A stretch of 59,383 nt of DNA from NCBI GenBank assembly GCA_043800345.1, contig JAZDNB010000015.1:1-59383 (forward strand), in the 5' to 3' direction. Each line of letters starts with the position of its first letter. The first letter of the stretch is position 1. The stretch comes from Candidatus Omnitrophota bacterium (GTDB lineage Bacteria > Omnitrophota > Gorgyraeia > VGKN01). Of this stretch, positions 46,708 to 55,212 are shown one piece after another. The notes under the pieces were generated by a model. That model saw nothing but the letters and a program-made list of their open reading frames with translations, searched no databases and had not been told where the DNA came from. A program made the position numbers and the translations under genes.

Positions 46708-47669
46708 TTCTGCTTCTTTAAGTTTACATAGCCGAATTTTTTCGGTTTCGTAAATCTATCTATGATAGGCGTTGCCGCATTCATAATGAGTATCGAATAC
46801 GATACTCCTTCGGGATACCCGCCCCATTTTCTTACTACAAATGTTATTATACCGCACCCTATACCGAAGACAAGCATTCCCTTTTTGGTAAGCGGCGTAG
46901 TTACCATATCCGTCGCCATGAAAAACGCACCCAGTATCAGCCCGCCGTTTAACACATAGAAAAGCGCGTCTCCCCGGAAAAAACCCTTTCCCATAAGCAT
47001 CCAGCTTAGAATCCATACCGTTATGATAAAGCTAAAAGGCGTATGCCAGCTGATATAACCCTTCCAGAGTAAAAAAACTGCTCCTATTAATAACACAATA
47101 ATACAGACCTCTCCTATGCAACCTGCCCTGTTACCGATAAACAAATCCACGTAGGAAGGCAGCTTCTCCGCCGTAACACCATGCTTAATCAGGCCAAGAG
47201 GGCTTGCGGTAGTAATAGCATCAACATACCACCTCGGAAGCTGCCAGGTGGTCATATGCGTAGGCCATGATGCCATAAGAAATACCCTGCCTGCAAGCGC
47301 AGGATTAAAAATATTATACCCCAAACCACCGAAGGCAAGCTTTGCTATTGCTATCGCAAACAGTGACCCTATAAAAGGGAGCCACAAAGGAACGCCGGGC
47401 GGAAGGTTATAGGCAAGTAAAAGCCCCGTAATAAATGCGCTGCCGTCTGAAATGGTGAGGGATTTTTTCATGAGGCGCGTTATCACAAATTCCGTTAACA
47501 GTGCGCCGCATACCGCGCTTAGTATCACAAAAAGCGCTCTTATCCCAAAAATATAAACCCCCGCGGCTCCCGCCGGAAGCAGTACCAGGACAACCAGCCA
47601 CATGATACGCTGCAGGCTATCCTTTGACCTGATATGCGGAGATACTGACAGTGAAAATAGCGTATCCAT
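46704..47669 (-). CDS. rnfD: Rnf complex subunit D
   Basis: SPHIRS start motif, polytopic, SGAT-type region. I use the ATG at 47669 (5 nt past the rnfC stop) instead of 47744, which would overlap rnfC by 70 nt. Confidence 0.9.
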   Translation of the reverse strand: MDTLFSLSVSPHIRSKDSLQRIMWLVVLVLLPAGAAGVYIFGIRALFVILSAVCGALLTEFVITRLMKKSLTISDGSAFITGLLLAYNLPPGVPLWLPFIGSLFAIAIAKLAFGGLGYNIFNPALAGRVFLMASWPTHMTTWQLPRWYVDAITTASPLGLIKHGVTAEKLPSYVDLFIGNRAGCIGEVCIIVLLIGAVFLLWKGYISWHTPFSFIITVWILSWMLMGKGFFRGDALFYVLNGGLILGAFFMATDMVTTPLTKKGMLVFGIGCGIITFVVRKWGGYPEGVSYSILIMNAATPIIDRFTKPKKFGYVNLKKQK

Positions 47670-47674
47670 AATAC

Positions 47675-48991
47675 CTATGCGACAATCCTCGCTTTTATTT
47701 TTGCAAGTTTGATAAAATGTAACAGAGGCCGTTTTGTAGGGCATACATAATCACAGGCACCGCATTCTATGCAGTCAAGCGGAGAAAAATCCGCCGCAAT
47801 GTCATAACGTGTGCTTTCTACCGCAAGGCCCAGTTGTGCGGGCATAATTTTTACCGGGCATACCTCTATGCATTTCCCGCATCGTATGCACGGCCCTGAA
47901 TCCCCCGTAAACACCTCTTCATCCGTCAGAAACAGCACCGAAGAAGTTCCTTTGATGATAGGCACTTCAAGACTATACTGCGCAACGCCCATCATGGGGC
48001 CGCCAAAGATTACCCGCGCAAGATTACCTTGCGTCCCCCCTAAAAATTCGAGCACATCCTTAAGCAGTGTCCCGATCCTGAGTTTTATATTACATGGCTT
48101 TTTTACCGCCCCGCCGCTTATTGTCACTACCCTTTCATAAAGAGGTTTTGACGCAAACAGTGCCTCGTATATACTAAACGCTGTCTGGACGTTATGCACC
48201 ACAACGCCGACATCGAAAGGAAGTTTTCCGGAAGGAACTTCCCGGTTTAGCGCCGCCTTGATAAGCTGTTTTTCGGCTCCCTGCGGATATTTTACCTTAA
48301 GGGCTATCACACTGATACTCCCTATGCCCGTAAGGTTTTTTTTCATGATTTCAATTACGTCGGGCTTATTCTTTTCAATGGCAATAAAGGCCTTTTTAAC
48401 CTCAAGGATTTTCATTATTATCCGCAGGGCTTCAATAATCTCTTTTGATTTTTGGCGCATGAGGGCGTGGTCGCAGGTAATATACGGTTCGCATTCGACG
48501 CCGTTAAGGATAACGGTGTCAATGGATTTACCGTCCGGCGGCATAAGTTTTATATGCGTCGGAAACATCGCACCCCCCAGACCGACGATGCCTGCCTCCT
48601 GTATTATTTTCAGCATCGCATCTTTTTCAAGATTATGGGGCTCTCGTGTTATCCCCATAGAGATATCTTTCGCGTCTTTATCGTCAGACTCTATTATTAC
48701 GGCAGGGCATCTTCCGATAACGGGATGCGGCATTTCTTCTATCTGCATAACTTTTCCCGAAACGCTCGAATGGACGGGGCTTGATATAAACTGAGAGTTT
48801 GTGCCTATTTTTGTGCCGACAAAAACGCTGTCTCCTGCTTTTACAAGAGGCTCGCAGATACCGCCAGTGTGCTGCAGGAGAGGGATGACTACCTTTTTGG
48901 GGAGGAATCCTTCCGAAATACTAAGTGCCTGGGTTTTTTCCTTCTTGGTGGGAGGGTGGACACCGCCATAGAAGCCTTTCTTAAAAAACAT
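47675..48991 (-). CDS. rnfC: Rnf complex subunit C
   Basis: 438 aa. GGVHP start, GLGGA.FPT NADH/FMN region and two CxxCxxCxxxCP motifs. Confidence 0.93.
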   Translation of the reverse strand: MFFKKGFYGGVHPPTKKEKTQALSISEGFLPKKVVIPLLQHTGGICEPLVKAGDSVFVGTKIGTNSQFISSPVHSSVSGKVMQIEEMPHPVIGRCPAVIIESDDKDAKDISMGITREPHNLEKDAMLKIIQEAGIVGLGGAMFPTHIKLMPPDGKSIDTVILNGVECEPYITCDHALMRQKSKEIIEALRIIMKILEVKKAFIAIEKNKPDVIEIMKKNLTGIGSISVIALKVKYPQGAEKQLIKAALNREVPSGKLPFDVGVVVHNVQTAFSIYEALFASKPLYERVVTISGGAVKKPCNIKLRIGTLLKDVLEFLGGTQGNLARVIFGGPMMGVAQYSLEVPIIKGTSSVLFLTDEEVFTGDSGPCIRCGKCIEVCPVKIMPAQLGLAVESTRYDIAADFSPLDCIECGACDYVCPTKRPLLHFIKLAKIKARIVA

Positions 48992-49008
48992 ACGTATAAT
49001 GCCTTTGT

Positions 49009-49147
49009 ATGAAGCTCCACGGCTTAACAGCCGTGGTTTCTGACTTTTCGGTCCGTGCCATATGGCACAGGCTCATGGAGCGGAATCCCGCCCGAAAACC
49101 ATTCATCCATGCCTTTACAGACATGGTTTTCTGGGTGCGGGATAAAT
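49009..49147. repeat. Hairpin-mosaic intergenic repeat, copy 4 (A without insert, B, alternative C hairpin)
   Basis: ccacggct-taac-agccgtgg 49017-49036, gtgccatatggcac 49055-49068. A gaaaaccat/atggttttc stem (49094-49102/49123-49131) replaces the gtcccg/cgggac hairpin. Ends gcgggataaat. Confidence 0.85.
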
Positions 49148-49156
49148 TGGAATTGT

Positions 49157-49185
49157 ATTATAAAGACGGGGGCAGGTTTTGTCAA
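49157..49185 (-). promoter_or_regulatory. Consensus sigma70-type promoter for the rnf operon
   Basis: Minus strand reads TTGACA-N17-TATAAT exactly (49185-49180 / 49162-49157). The predicted TSS near 49148-49150 is at the edge of repeat copy 4. Confidence 0.6.
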
Positions 49186-49194
49186 CTATTTTCC

Positions 49195-49223
49195 TTGACA
49201 ATAACCTTCATATTTATTATCAT
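49195..49223 (+). promoter_or_regulatory. Putative promoter for the small Cys-rich gene
   Basis: TTGACA (49195-49200) - N17 - TATCAT (49218-49223). Back-to-back with the rnf promoter (the -35 boxes are 9 nt apart). Confidence 0.5.
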
Positions 49224-49250
49224 AATGGCAAACAAGTTAAGGGGCTAACA

Positions 49251-49424
49251 ATGGCTTTGGGGCAATTCGGACATTGTTGTGAGATGTGCCAGATATTCTG
49301 GACGTGCCAAACAAAATGGTACAGGGGAGAAAAAGACGAGGAATACATCTGCTGCCATACCTGCGATTATTTCGTAGAATGCTTCAAGAGCGCAAAAAAG
49401 GAGGAAAAACACAAGGGTAAGTAG
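49251..49424 (+). CDS. 57-aa cysteine-rich protein with a duplicated CC-x2-C-x5-C motif
   Basis: MALGQFGHCCEMCQIFWTCQ...YICCHTCDYFVECFKSAKKEEKHKGK. AAGGGG lies 6 nt upstream of the ATG at 49251. It has its own promoter and a downstream terminator. The track ORF starts earlier (49179) without an SD. Confidence 0.6.
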   Translation: MALGQFGHCCEMCQIFWTCQTKWYRGEKDEEYICCHTCDYFVECFKSAKKEEKHKGK

Positions 49425-49459
49425 TAATGCAATAGGATGATTTTTTTGGATAGGAATGT

Positions 49460-49488
49460 ATCCCGAGATAATCGGGATTTTTTATTTT
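49460..49488 (+). terminator. Rho-independent terminator
   Basis: atcccga-gataa-tcgggat stem-loop followed by tttttatttt. Confidence 0.65.
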
Positions 49489-49522
49489 ATACCCAGTCCG
49501 GAGTTGCGGGATAGATGGGGAC

Positions 49523-50467
49523 TTACTTATAAATAATGCCTTTTGAGATTAAGACATAATGAGAACTGCTATAGGCGGCCACTGCCCCTTCGCCCGCTGC
49601 GGTTACCAATTGCCTAAAGGGCCTCTTACGCGCATCGCCGCAGGCAAATACGCCGTCTTGCGAGGTCTTCATCTCGTCATCGGTCAATATATAACCCGCC
49701 TCATCAAGCTTAACCGTACCTTTTAAAAAATCCGTATTGGGCTTTGTGCCCACAAATATAAAGACACCGTCTGTTTTAAGAGTCGAAGTCGTATTATCTT
49801 TGTTATTTTTTAATATAACCTCTTCGGTTTTTGAGGTCCCTGATATTTCCTGAATCTCCGCGGAAGGGATAAACTCTATCTTGGGACTTTTAAATAATCT
49901 CTCCTGCAACACTTTTGAAGCGCGCAGGCTCTCTTTCCTGTGCACAAGAAAAACCCGCCTGCACAATCTTTCCAAAAACAGCGCTTCTTCTACGGCCGTA
50001 TCGCCGCCCCCAACCACAACCACTGTCCTGTCCTTATAAAAATACCCGTCACAGGTAGCACAATAAGAAACGCCTCTTCCGGCAAATTTTTCTTCTCCCG
50101 GAATACCGAGTTTTTTCGGGCTTGCGCCAAGTGCAAGAATCAGGGCCAGGCAATATACCGAGGAATCTTCCAGCATTACCCTTTTTGGCTTATGTGTTTC
50201 GAGGATAAGACTCAGGGCTTTTTCGGATTCTATTTGTAAGCCGAATTTAAGCGCTTGTTCTTTAAGTCTTGTAATAAGCTCAAATCCGTTTATACCACCG
50301 GGGAATCCCGGAAAATTTTCTACTATATCCGCCCGCAGCGCCTGCCCGCCTACTCCGGTACCTTCCAGTAACAACGTATCCAAGCCGGCACGCGCGGCAT
50401 ACAACCCTGCGGTAAGGCCTGCCATGCCTCCGCCGATAATCACAATGTCATAATTTGATTTTTTCAT
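49523..50467 (-). CDS. trxB: Thioredoxin-disulfide reductase
   Basis: 314 aa. GGGMAG FAD motif, CATCDG redox-active disulfide and a GGGDTA NADPH motif. Confidence 0.93.
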   Translation of the reverse strand: MKKSNYDIVIIGGGMAGLTAGLYAARAGLDTLLLEGTGVGGQALRADIVENFPGFPGGINGFELITRLKEQALKFGLQIESEKALSLILETHKPKRVMLEDSSVYCLALILALGASPKKLGIPGEEKFAGRGVSYCATCDGYFYKDRTVVVVGGGDTAVEEALFLERLCRRVFLVHRKESLRASKVLQERLFKSPKIEFIPSAEIQEISGTSKTEEVILKNNKDNTTSTLKTDGVFIFVGTKPNTDFLKGTVKLDEAGYILTDDEMKTSQDGVFACGDARKRPFRQLVTAAGEGAVAAYSSSHYVLISKGIIYK

Positions 50468-51701
50468 ATTTAAGCTTAAATAAAGTGAGCCCTAAGACCC
50501 CGAATACCGAAAACACAGCGCCGGCGACGATCAAGATCCACATCTTGTCAACATGCTCGCCTATAGCAGCGCTTATAAACATAAAGCTTAAAAATGCTAT
50601 GTGGGTTATTATCTCAAGGCTGCTGAATACCTTGCCGCGCATCTCGTTAGGTATAACCTCATGTAAAAGCGTATTACAGGTTATGGCAATAGGCGATGTT
50701 GCAAGCCCAATAAAAAATGCAAGCAGCCCTGCGATTACAAAATAAGGAAAAAGCGTGACAATAACGGCAAATGATACGGTAAGTAAACCGCAGAGGATGA
50801 GAGAGAAAAATATGGTTTTTATTTTTGAAAATCTGCTTCCAAAACCCCCATATATAACCGAGCCTAAAAACATACCCGCTCCTAAAAACATAACCAAAAA
50901 CCCTAAGTGTTTTGTCGCAGACCCTAACACCTGCTGAATAAATACGATGATAATTACATAGACGGAGCCTACGCCGCTCATAAGCAAAAACAAAATCCCC
51001 GCCGAAAAAAGTATTTTAGGTTTTGTAACTATATACCGCAAACCATCGCACAGTTCCTTTCGTATCGAAGTCTTCCCTTTCCCTGCAGCGTGGTTATGGT
51101 TCAGGAAAGAATTCAGTTCTTTTATTCCTATAAGGGATATCATGACCGCCGATATAAAAAAGCTGAAACTATCTATATAAAATCCGCCTTTTATACCGAC
51201 TGTTTCGACCAAAACACCGCCTATGCCAAAACCCAAGACCGCGGCTATCATGGCGGTCGTGGACGAAAGAGAATTCGCCGCCAGGAGTTTATCGGCGGAA
51301 ACCAAATCCGGAATTATAGAAAGTTTCGAAGTCAAAAAGAATCTTGTTACCGCATAGGAAAGAAATACCGCAATATAGATAGGCAGTATCTTATCTTTCA
51401 CATTCATAAAATATAACGGGATTACAAGAATACACAAGCCCCGCAGGATATCCGATATTATCATGGTTTTTCTTCTTGAATATCTATCGACAAAAACACC
51501 CGCGAGGGGACCTACGAGAAATACGGGTATTATCGTGAAGGAAAGTAGTTTTGCAAGGTTCAGGGTTGAGCCGGGGGCGCGTTTGTTCATAAGCGCAATA
51601 AGCGCCATCTGGGTGAGCCTGTCTCCGAACTGCGAGACTATCTGGCTGACCCATAAACATAAGAAATTTTTATTTTTTAATACCGAAAAAAAATCTTTCA
51701 A
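50448..51701 (-). CDS. MFS transporter
   Basis: 417 aa with about 12 TM segments. G.FVDRYSRRK loop motif. TTG start. Confidence 0.8.
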   Translation of the reverse strand: MKDFFSVLKNKNFLCLWVSQIVSQFGDRLTQMALIALMNKRAPGSTLNLAKLLSFTIIPVFLVGPLAGVFVDRYSRRKTMIISDILRGLCILVIPLYFMNVKDKILPIYIAVFLSYAVTRFFLTSKLSIIPDLVSADKLLAANSLSSTTAMIAAVLGFGIGGVLVETVGIKGGFYIDSFSFFISAVMISLIGIKELNSFLNHNHAAGKGKTSIRKELCDGLRYIVTKPKILFSAGILFLLMSGVGSVYVIIIVFIQQVLGSATKHLGFLVMFLGAGMFLGSVIYGGFGSRFSKIKTIFFSLILCGLLTVSFAVIVTLFPYFVIAGLLAFFIGLATSPIAITCNTLLHEVIPNEMRGKVFSSLEIITHIAFLSFMFISAAIGEHVDKMWILIVAGAVFSVFGVLGLTLFKLKYEKIKL

Positions 51702-51745
51702 ATAGTGCGCCCAACCTTATCTGTGTTTATGTATTTAAAAAAACG

Positions 51746-51817
51746 AGCCGATGAGTGGAATCGAACCACCAACCCGTGCTTTACGAAAGCACTGCTCTAC
51801 CATTGAGCCACATCGGC
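51746..51817 (-). tRNA. tRNA-Thr (anticodon CGT)
   Basis: gccgatg tg gctc aatggta gagc a gtgct ttCGTaa agcac gggtt ggtgg ttcgatt ccact catcggc t. Complete hand-folded cloverleaf. Confidence 0.88.
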
Positions 51818-51872
51818 ATATGTCATAAATCTTATGAAGGTATTATATAAGTTCACTCTAAAAAGTAAAAGG

Positions 51873-51945
51873 TGCCGAGATCCAGAATCGAACTGGAGAC
51901 GCCGGGATTTTCAGTCCCGCGCTCTACCAACTGAGCTATCTCGGC
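51873..51945 (-). tRNA. tRNA-Phe (anticodon GAA)
   Basis: gccgaga ta gctc agttggta gagc g cggga ctGAAaa tcccg gcgtc tccag ttcgatt ctgga tctcggc a. Confidence 0.9.
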
Positions 51946-51963
51946 ACCAAATATACTATGCAC

Positions 51964-53013
51964 TCACTGTGAATACTTAATATGTAAATTTTTTAAAACT
52001 TCTGCGGACATTTCTTCGCCGAGTATACCACATGTAGTAACCATTAAATCATATACCAGGCCTTCGGCAAGGCCGTTTGTATTCCACTTAACACTATAGA
52101 CATTATCGCTTAGGTCATAATCAGAACCGATGGTATACCATGTTGCGCCGCTATCCGTTGAGTATTCAAACCTCACCGACTCAAGCCTCGGTTCCTGAGC
52201 TCTCGTAGGCGCCTCTATACTAAGAACATTTTCATCAATAAGCGTATCATTTTCTTTGAGAACGACATTATAATTCTTAATTGTCCCTGCATAGGACCCC
52301 TGCAAAGGAAGCATTGTATTAACCGCCTGTGCCTCTTTAAGCCCTTTTCCGAAAAGTATGTCATCTATAAAAACAGTCCCCTGATTATCGACCGATCTTG
52401 ATTCAAATGTTATTACCAATTCCAATATATTAGAGAAATCCTGTATCTTGTCAAAATCAGAAAAGGGAATTACCACTTTCTGCCACGTACCAATTCTCTC
52501 CGGCCAGTAATCATAGTATTTCGCTAAGAATACCGCGGATGCTAAATCATTATTAAGGAGCAAGAGACCATCATTATCCTTATCTTTGTAGAGCATTATT
52601 TTAAAGTTAACGTCCTTGAGCGTGCTCCTTACATAGAAGGAAAGGTAATCGTATTTTGAAACATCAAGGGTGTCCATTGCGTTACTACCGGTACGTTGCG
52701 CTCCCAAGAGAGAGTAATAGTACGAAAAACTACCGGGAGTTGTTACGTCAAAGTCAAGCCTGAGAGAATGGCCTGTCAGCCCTTTTGTAAGCATAGCGGC
52801 GGTGGTAAAAGACGGTACACATCCTCCAAGTAACTCTTCATCTCCCTGTGTCTTGCCATTTAACAGGTTAAACGTTTTTCCGGCATTAAAATCATCTACA
52901 AGTATGGAGAAATCGCCTGCCCCAGAGGATGCCTGCTGGGCATATACGGCGGTAATGCTTATTAATAGTATCGCCATCACATTACTAAGTAGCAGGGCGT
53001 GTTTATGTTTCAT
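51964..53013 (-). CDS. Secreted protein: CIA30/CBM11-like beta-sandwich domain plus a C-terminal domain with one Asp-box
   Basis: 349 aa. Signal peptide, VDDFNAGK...FIDDILFG framing typical of CIA30/CBM-like modules. STDSGATW Asp-box in the C-terminal ~110 aa. Confidence 0.55.
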   Translation of the reverse strand: MKHKHALLLSNVMAILLISITAVYAQQASSGAGDFSILVDDFNAGKTFNLLNGKTQGDEELLGGCVPSFTTAAMLTKGLTGHSLRLDFDVTTPGSFSYYYSLLGAQRTGSNAMDTLDVSKYDYLSFYVRSTLKDVNFKIMLYKDKDNDGLLLLNNDLASAVFLAKYYDYWPERIGTWQKVVIPFSDFDKIQDFSNILELVITFESRSVDNQGTVFIDDILFGKGLKEAQAVNTMLPLQGSYAGTIKNYNVVLKENDTLIDENVLSIEAPTRAQEPRLESVRFEYSTDSGATWYTIGSDYDLSDNVYSVKWNTNGLAEGLVYDLMVTTCGILGEEMSAEVLKNLHIKYSQ

Positions 53014-53072
53014 TATAATAACCTCCTATATTTCTCTTCCCGTTTAGTTTCGCTTGAAAATTGATAGTATCC

Positions 53073-53684
53073 TTAATTTATGTCGGCAGTTTTAACTATT
53101 GCAAATTTAAGATCGTCTATACATATCGCGCCTTCCTTCTGCGTTGCCAGAATATCGTCAAAGGTTATGGAAAGCTCTGTCATTTTTGACCAATCGGTAA
53201 TACAGGTTGAGCACTTTACCTTTTCCAGGGGCACCGTTATAGTCTGCCATCTGTCAGTAACGTCCTTTACAAGATAGACTACCCGCTCGCCCTTTTCGTT
53301 TTTCAATTCCACTTTAAATCGGCTCGTAAAAATTTTTTCTCCTTTTACCTTAAAGACAAAATATGCATGTTTTGTAAGATCAAGGTTCCCCAATTTCATC
53401 CAGAAGCCGTTGTAGGAAGGATTCGGTGACTGGACATCATAATTCAATATTAAAAAATAGTTTTTTTGCCCCGGCGGCGGCGCTACCGTTTCCCCAAACT
53501 TCATGGCGCACCCCTGGGTTTTATCCTTCGGGTCAACCTGCCAGCACCCGAATTCTGCTCCGAGATTATTAACCCTTTTCCCTGAGTTAAAATCAGCTAT
53601 TGTTATAATATCGCTCTGCGCACCGTAGACAAGCGTCTGTATAACGATTATACATAGCGCTGTAAGAATAAAAATATTTTTCAT
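53073..53684 (-). CDS. Secreted CIA30/CBM11-like single-domain protein (paralog of the N-domain of 51964..53013)
   Basis: 203 aa. Signal peptide, IADFNSGK...ICIDDLKF. Confidence 0.55.
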   Translation of the reverse strand: MKNIFILTALCIIVIQTLVYGAQSDIITIADFNSGKRVNNLGAEFGCWQVDPKDKTQGCAMKFGETVAPPPGQKNYFLILNYDVQSPNPSYNGFWMKLGNLDLTKHAYFVFKVKGEKIFTSRFKVELKNEKGERVVYLVKDVTDRWQTITVPLEKVKCSTCITDWSKMTELSITFDDILATQKEGAICIDDLKFAIVKTADIN

Positions 53685-53760
53685 AGCCTCACCTCTTTCA
53701 TTAATCTTAAGGTATGCATGAAGGGTTTCGTTATAGCTTTTGCAAATTTTAAATGTAGCA

Positions 53761-53794
53761 TAAAAAGCGCCGTATTGTCAAACGTTTTATACGG
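53761..53794 (-). terminator. Possible weak terminator after the cupin gene
   Basis: Minus strand reads ccgtat-(13 nt)-atacgg followed by cgcttttta, 5 nt past the cupin stop. Confidence 0.3.
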
Positions 53795-53799
53795 AGGTG

Positions 53800-54114
53800 T
53801 TATTTGCCTGAAAGGCTTAATAGGAACGCCAGGTTTTCGCTGGCCGAGAGTGAATGCGGCGCATTTTTAGGCATGAAGATAAATACACCCGGCTTCATTG
53901 TAATCTTCTTTCCCTTAAGTACGAATGTGCCTTTGCCTTTGAGTACCGTAACGGCTGCCTCTTTTGTAGTGGTATGTTCACAGATATCGCTACCTTTGGC
54001 TAAACACATAACCGTATGCTGTGAAGACGAACCCCGCGCTATAACTTTGCTAAATACCCCTTCTTTCGGAAATTCGAATATCTCTTCAAGATTTTTTATG
54101 GCGAACGTGGCCAT
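53800..54114 (-). CDS. Cupin domain protein
   Basis: 104 aa. G....H.........V..G.....L.......G.....P....H pattern. ATG at 54114 with GAGGTG 5 nt upstream. Confidence 0.7.
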   Translation of the reverse strand: MATFAIKNLEEIFEFPKEGVFSKVIARGSSSQHTVMCLAKGSDICEHTTTKEAAVTVLKGKGTFVLKGKKITMKPGVFIFMPKNAPHSLSASENLAFLLSLSGK

Positions 54115-54138
54115 TATCACACCTCGCTATGTAGAGAG

Positions 54139-55212
54139 TTACACGTTAAACCTGATATCCAATATATCGCCGTCTTCAACGATATAATCTTTACCCTTGA
54201 GATAAAATTTTCCGGCTTCTTTTACCTTTTCTTCGCTCCCCAGGCTTACCAGATCGCCATGTTTCATTACTTCGGCACGGATAAATCCCTTTTCAAAATC
54301 AGTGTGGATTACGCCTGCGGCTTCAGGCGCAGACGAACCTGCCCGTACCGTCCACTGCCTGACCTCATCAGGCCCAACGGTAAAAAAAGATATCAGATTC
54401 AGCGCTTGTATGCACATGCGCGTGAGGAGGTTTATGGCCGGTTCTTCTATCCCCAGCGCCCCCAGAAATTCCTTTCTTTCTTCTTCGGTATCTAATTTTG
54501 AAATTTCCGATTCCACCTTAGCGCATACCTGCATAATATCAATATCTACCTGCTGATAATTCTTTTTAAGCTCATCAAGCAGCACTGTAGCGTGGAGTTC
54601 ATCTTCCGAGACATTCAGGACAACTATCATCTTCTTCCTCGTAATAAAAAGATAATTTGCCACGGCCTTTCTTTCTTCCTTATCAAGGCTAAGCAGCCTA
54701 AGAGGAAGTTCTTTATCAAGATGCGCCTTAAGTTTTAATAAAAGCTCTTTTTCTTTTACTGCCGAATCATCTTTGATTTTTTTCAGATTGCTCTCTATCC
54801 GCTCGAGCCTTTTTTCTATAAAAAGAAGGTCACTTAGGATAAGCTCCGAGTTAACGGTATCTATATCGCGCTTTGGATTGACTGAGCCGTTTATATGGTA
54901 TACGGATTCATCCTTAAAAACCCTTACCACGTGGCATATGGCATCAAGGTCGGCAATATCTTTAAATATATCACCCTTGGCAATAACGTCCTTTTCTATT
55001 TTCGGCAGCAGTTCCATCTCGATCCTTGCCCTGACCTGTTTCTTAGGCTGATAAATGGGGATTAGGCTATCGAAGCGTGTATCTTTTATCTCTGCGACGG
55101 CTTTTATGTTTTTATTTGAAGCGAGGTCTTTTTCGGAAATTGTATAGCGGGTGAGCACTTCAAAGAGCGTTTTTTTTCCTGTCTGCGGCAGCCCGATAAT
55201 TCCTATTTTCAT
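54139..55212 (-). CDS. ychF: Redox-regulated ATPase YchF
   Basis: 357 aa. GIIGLPQTGKKTLF P-loop and C-terminal TGS-like FIRAEV...G. Confidence 0.92.
   Translation of the reverse strand: MKIGIIGLPQTGKKTLFEVLTRYTISEKDLASNKNIKAVAEIKDTRFDSLIPIYQPKKQVRARIEMELLPKIEKDVIAKGDIFKDIADLDAICHVVRVFKDESVYHINGSVNPKRDIDTVNSELILSDLLFIEKRLERIESNLKKIKDDSAVKEKELLLKLKAHLDKELPLRLLSLDKEERKAVANYLFITRKKMIVVLNVSEDELHATVLLDELKKNYQQVDIDIMQVCAKVESEISKLDTEEERKEFLGALGIEEPAINLLTRMCIQALNLISFFTVGPDEVRQWTVRAGSSAPEAAGVIHTDFEKGFIRAEVMKHGDLVSLGSEEKVKEAGKFYLKGKDYIVEDGDILDIRFNV

Noticed and set aside
47670-47744. rnfD start at 47744, overlapping rnfC by 70 nt
   Set aside because: The extension (MPYKTASVTFYQTCKNKSEDCRIGI) has no counterpart in RnfD proteins. 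The ATG at 47669 lies just after the rnfC stop and precedes the conserved SPHIRS motif.
49009-49248. 79-aa plus-strand ORF (MKLHGLTAVV...) over repeat copy 4, and the upstream extension (49179-49250) of the Cys-rich ORF
   Set aside because: The ORF begins with the repeat's atgaagctccacggc and crosses both predicted promoters. The 49179 start would lie upstream of the predicted TSS and lacks an SD, whereas the ATG at 49251 has one.
49460-49488. Whether the terminator after the Cys-rich gene also terminates trxB (bidirectional)
   Set aside because: On the minus strand the same hairpin is followed by acattcc rather than a U-run, so only the plus-strand function is supported.
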